DNA of 64,000 nucleotides from Albugo candida (Eukaryota): NCBI GenBank assembly GCA_040437565.1, contig JBDOQK010000021.1, positions 310,001 to 374,000 of the forward strand, read 5' to 3'. Shown piece by piece: positions 59,752 to 64,000 of this stretch (position 1 is its first letter; each line of letters starts with the position of its first letter). The notes under the pieces were generated by a model. It saw only the letters and a program-made list of their open reading frames with translations, ran no database searches and was not told where the DNA came from. The position numbers and the translations under genes were made by a program.

Positions 59752-62688
59752 TCACGGCCCAACGGAAAGTTGTTTAAGCTCATCAAGACATGTGCTTGGA
59801 AGGAGGAGTAGAGCTTCTTTTGTTTGAAAAGCTATCCATTCCGCCAAACATTTGGTCCATCCCAATATTTCGTCCAAGTTTGGACTAGTTCGAGCATAAT
59901 GAGACGTCAATAGGACCAACGCAACGACACAATCTCTTTGTAGGCTTTCACATATCGACGAAGGAAATCCGAGCAAGTGCTGATACCAACAAACCACCTG
60001 AGTCACATATTTTGGAATGGAAAGATTATGCACATCTGCGGATTGGATCAATCCACGAGCAATATGAGCTGTGGAGAGTAAAATGCATTTTCTCGTTCTT
60101 TCATCCATCGATTCTTCCCACTCCTTTTGAAATTTAGCCAGCGGGACGTGCTTTTCTATCACCGACTCCTTCATTGCTGATGCGACAAGTCCAAAACACG
60201 TACAAATTTCAAACATAAAGTGATTTTGTTCGCACTCGTTCTGTATCAAAGCGCTCTTTTTAATCGCCTCTATAGTAGCCCATAGGTACTGAATCCATTC
60301 CAGCAGAGAGGTTGCGTCTTGCGTTATCCCTTCCAAAGTCCACTTTAAATCTTCCACAAACTCGCCAAGTGCAGTGAGAATCATGATTCCTGTCTCATCA
60401 CCAATCTCCTCCTTCCGTTTCGCCGATTCAGCCGCAATCATCACCACAATATGCAAAATAGTCGTCGGCAGTAAGTCGCGGCTTTGGTGCGCCAATGCAT
60501 CACCGCCTTTTATCCAATCAGAACCATTACTACCACTGAACCATAAATGGGGCACAACCATGAAACCCATGCGTAAAAGGAAAAGTCCATGCAAATTGGG
60601 CTCATAGAATAGAAGATCCACGATGAACACGCGTGCCGATTCCACAGAAAACGCGGTGGAAGTCAATTTCATATACAAAGCCGTCAAATGCGCTCTCCAA
60701 TACAGCTGTTTCTGGATATCTCGCTGACTTGTACGGCTTTTTACATTCTTGTCGTCTCGAGCGACTTCAAGGATCTTGTGCCGCAATANNNNNNNNNNNN
60801 NNNNNNNNNNNNNNNNNNNNNNNNNNNNNNNNNNNNNNNNNNNNNNNNNNNNNNNNNNNNNNNNNNNNNNNNNNNNNNNNNNNNNNNNGAAACCCATGCG
60901 TAAAAGGAAAAGTCCATGCAAATTGGGCTCATAGAATAGAAGATCCACGATGAAGACGCGTGCCGATTCCACAGAAAACGCGGTGGAACTCAATTTCATA
61001 TACAAAGCCGTCAAATGCGCTCTCCAATACAGCTGTTTCTCGATAGATCGCTGACTTGTACGGCTTTTTACATTCTTGTCGTCTCGAGCGACTTCAAGGA
61101 TCTTGTGCCGCAATACGGTCAAGCACTGGTACATAGATTCCTGAAAGTCCACAGGATTCGCATCACCGCTCTCATAGCCGCGCGGTTGTCTCTGTTTCGC
61201 TCTCGCCAATGTCAGAATTACCCGAGCGCAAAGTTCGGAACGATTCTTTAGCGAACTTGATACATTTTTTCCGCCAATCCGAATCGACCTGAAGTACATG
61301 GAAGCGGCTTCGAGCGCTTTTTCAATCGACACATTTTGTTTGCTGAACATATCCGCCAAAGAATCGCAAAATCGATCCGCTGAATTGAACGAAGAAATAT
61401 ATGGCAACGAATATGTTTCCAAAAGTGTGTACATTTGCACAAATTGAAGATTTCCACCTGTACGCTTCTTGCCAACGCGATTTTGTAGAAGCTTGCGAAA
61501 TCGAAACAGATCTGATGTTTGGGACTTTCGGCGTGGAATGGATGTCTTTAGTGAGTCGCTGACACGATCTTTCTCCTTTTTCCGCTTTGCTGAGAGAGGT
61601 TCGGTCGGTATTACGGGTGGCGTGGAAGGACCTGGGCAAGCTGGGGCCTCGTAATTCAGCGCGGACTGTATCGACACAGGGATAGCGTCGGCTTTGGGTT
61701 GTGGTAATAGGCTTCTTTGCGGTTCAATCGAAACGCTCTCTTCCACAGAGTCTTGGATTTTCGATGGAGAAGTTTGCTGAGCTGTTCCTTCTTGATCTGA
61801 CTCCGAAGAGGAGCTGGTGGTGGAAGATTCACTTAGCGATAATTGTACTTCATTGAAGCTGTGTTGAGTATGAACAATAGCCGATGTCATCCCACTGGAT
61901 GGAGTGGAACAAAATGTGCTTGAGTCGCCTATTGAGGGTTGTAAACGATCATCTGGTGTATCTAGCTCAGCATCGATTTCAGCAGCTATCTCATCCATAT
62001 CAAGGTTATCATCAGATGACATAGATCCTGCAAAAGCCTCATCCATAACCTCATCGACTTGACAAGTTTCCACTTTCTCGTCATCTGCTTGCAGAAGATT
62101 ATCATCCTCCATTTCATTCTCCGAAGAAGCTAACTCGCGATCGATTTCCTCTTCTTTTTCTTTTGACAATTTCACTGCCGTTTGCGCTTCGATGTCGACT
62201 TTGATCTTCTTGTCAACGTGATCGCCCTTAAACGCTGTCTTGGATGCATAACAACTTGATCTGCTTCTTCGTCTTCGCTTTTGCGCTGAAATAGCGGCAT
62301 TCTCGGAATTTATGTCAACGGGACTCACTATCGTGTCTGTCTGTGTGGCAAACTCCCGCCTTGTGTTACGCATTGTATTGCAACCAGCATTCCTCACTTG
62401 CGGCTTTATCGGAGCCGATGTCTGCATAGCAACGCTTTTGCAATTTTGTAGCGATTTTGACGCTTTGAGCTCAGAAATTTCCTTCTGAGCTTCCGCGTAA
62501 TTCTGCAATACTTTTTCCAAGCGAGTTCGATAATCACGTAACTTTGCTGCTGCTTGCTTCAATTTCTCATTCGTAAGAGACTTGTACTCATTAGACTTCT
62601 CTACCTGTTCAGTCAACTGCTCTATGACTGTATTTTGTCGTGAAATGATCTCCGATTGCGAGCTCGATGCATTTGTTCCCAATATCAT
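59752..62688 (-). CDS. Large hypothetical protein (N-terminal coiled coil, acidic/Ser-rich middle, helical C-terminus), spanning a gap with duplicated sequence
   Basis: Long ATG-initiated ORF with basic NLS-like stretches (KRRRRSR, KRKKEK). About 75 codons are repeated across the gap at 60789-60888. Confidence 0.8.
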   Translation of the reverse strand: MILGTNASSSQSEIISRQNTVIEQLTEQVEKSNEYKSLTNEKLKQAAAKLRDYRTRLEKVLQNYAEAQKEISELKASKSLQNCKSVAMQTSAPIKPQVRNAGCNTMRNTRREFATQTDTIVSPVDINSENAAISAQKRRRRSRSSCYASKTAFKGDHVDKKIKVDIEAQTAVKLSKEKEEEIDRELASSENEMEDDNLLQADDEKVETCQVDEVMDEAFAGSMSSDDNLDMDEIAAEIDAELDTPDDRLQPSIGDSSTFCSTPSSGMTSAIVHTQHSFNEVQLSLSESSTTSSSSESDQEGTAQQTSPSKIQDSVEESVSIEPQRSLLPQPKADAIPVSIQSALNYEAPACPGPSTPPVIPTEPLSAKRKKEKDRVSDSLKTSIPRRKSQTSDLFRFRKLLQNRVGKKRTGGNLQFVQMYTLLETYSLPYISSFNSADRFCDSLADMFSKQNVSIEKALEAASMYFRSIRIGGKNVSSSLKNRSELCARVILTLARAKQRQPRGYESGDANPVDFQESMYQCLTVLRHKILEVARDDKNVKSRTSQRSIEKQLYWRAHLTALYMKLSSTAFSVESARVFIVDLLFYEPNLHGLFLLRMGFXXXXXXXXXXXXXXXXXXXXXXXXXXXXXXXXXXLRHKILEVARDDKNVKSRTSQRDIQKQLYWRAHLTALYMKLTSTAFSVESARVFIVDLLFYEPNLHGLFLLRMGFMVVPHLWFSGSNGSDWIKGGDALAHQSRDLLPTTILHIVVMIAAESAKRKEEIGDETGIMILTALGEFVEDLKWTLEGITQDATSLLEWIQYLWATIEAIKKSALIQNECEQNHFMFEICTCFGLVASAMKESVIEKHVPLAKFQKEWEESMDERTRKCILLSTAHIARGLIQSADVHNLSIPKYVTQVVCWYQHLLGFPSSICESLQRDCVVALVLLTSHYARTSPNLDEILGWTKCLAEWIAFQTKEALLLLPSTCLDELKQLSVGP

Positions 62689-64000
62689 TGGATGGCTGGT
62701 GCATCGTTAATTGGCTGATTTTGTGTCAATTAAGTTTCCTTTTTCGCTCCGACATTTTTTTCATTCTTCAACTTGTCGGCTACTACGTATCTCGCCAATT
62801 TATCGCTGTCGTGGTCTTCATTTGGTGTCATGGAGTGTCGAAGACAGGAAAGAAGGCAGTAGTATGTCATGCACTGGCCGCAGGTGGCCTGTTAGAGGAA
62901 GGCTCTTCATGCACCGGCTACTACGTACCTCGCAAATTTAAAAACTATGTTGCCGCTGCATTGGGGCATGTACAACCCACGAGATACTAATAGATAGTCT
63001 CTGCTAATGACGCTATTGTAAGACCACTAGTCTGCACTGAGTATAGGATAAGGCTAAATCCGCGTGAGACTAATGCTAAATTCACGATGCTAATGTGGGG
63101 CACTGCGCAATCAGCTTCTGGTCGGCTGTGAGATGGTCGATAGCTGGTGCCTTCATGAGATCACAGGTTTTGTATTGATGTGTGCTAAAGCACGGTTGGT
63201 TGTTCTACAAAAGCTTTCCTATTTTCATCCCATTATTAGCTGATTCTAGACGCCTCGTTGCCGTACACATTGCCGTGAGAATTGAATGACATGATGAAAG
63301 TCTTCATTCTTTGAGGTACACGTGGATTTCGGAAAAAGAGACCGATGTCTCCAACATGGAAAAAGATTCTAATGACTCGTTCTATTATTATACCAATTCA
63401 AAAGAACATAACTGAGCTTCCTCATACCACAGTAACGATTCCAGAGAGCAGCCGACCAGGATGCAAGCGTGTCTATCGATTCACTTCTGATCGTTTTTCT
63501 CAAAACGCAGCTGACAGAGTGCAACTCCGCAGCAGCAGCTGTCCACATCTTCCTCGCGGTACAAAGCAGGAACGAAAGAGGAAGAATAGAGACACACAAC
63601 AGCGCCACATAATTTTCTCTGCTCATCAACTGCCATTTTCTTCTATTGGCTCACAACTAATTTTGTCAGTAATCCCCCCTTGTCTTCGTGTCCATTTTTT
63701 GCACCTGTTCCTATAAATAAGAAACGTTGTCATTGAATCACAATCATACGAAACTGAAAAAAAGGCAGAAGATGAAACCCTCACCTCCGCCACGGTATTC
63801 CTGCAGGGTCAGTCCCTCCACATTGAATCATTTCATATCTACCGATCAGCGCAATTGATACCCATTTACTTTTGACACTGTTCATACCGACCAAATAAAT
63901 GCAAACTTACCTCGCGATTCTTGCGGCCGTATCGCTCATGAAGCAAACACAAGCGACTCTGGGCGTTTGTTATGATCCGTATCAGCGCACCGGCTACACC

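Noticed and set aside
62690-64000. Possible spliced minus-strand gene and short ORFs at the window end
   Set aside because: Splice-like signals exist (near 63785 and 63910), but I could not build a consistent open frame or recognise a product.

Overview
Eukaryotic DNA with short GT-AG introns, from an oomycete. Gene content and compactness best fit an Albugo-like white rust; this is inference, not verified. Two gene-dense housekeeping blocks (about 2.9-17.9 kb and 58.6-62.7 kb) flank a gene-sparse, repeat-rich island of about 40 kb. The left block encodes a NiCoT/UreH-like membrane protein, a multi-TM protein fused to a class III cyclase, a Pro-rich membrane protein, a glyoxylate-reductase-like dehydrogenase, tRNA-Cys, a translin/TRAX protein, a Cys/His-motif protein and Met-tRNA formyltransferase. 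The right block encodes tRNA-Gln, an alpha/beta hydrolase and a coiled-coil protein. The main signal is a family of intronless, ~160-180 aa secreted candidate effectors with about 13 loci: 7 intact, 2 gap-truncated, 3 pseudogenes and 1 inferred inside a gap. They share a signal peptide, an RxLK/RxLQ-type motif at residue 24, four conserved Cys and a C-terminal L-x10-C. They also share a modular promoter and are arranged as two divergent arms around a tRNA-Gln/transposon core. Other features are gypsy and LINE relics, nested Mutator-like elements, a fmt pseudogene carried by segmental duplication, and a short 18S rRNA fragment inserted between 8-bp direct repeats. Twelve 100-N gaps are often flanked by duplicated, sometimes polymorphic sequence, so copy numbers are uncertain.
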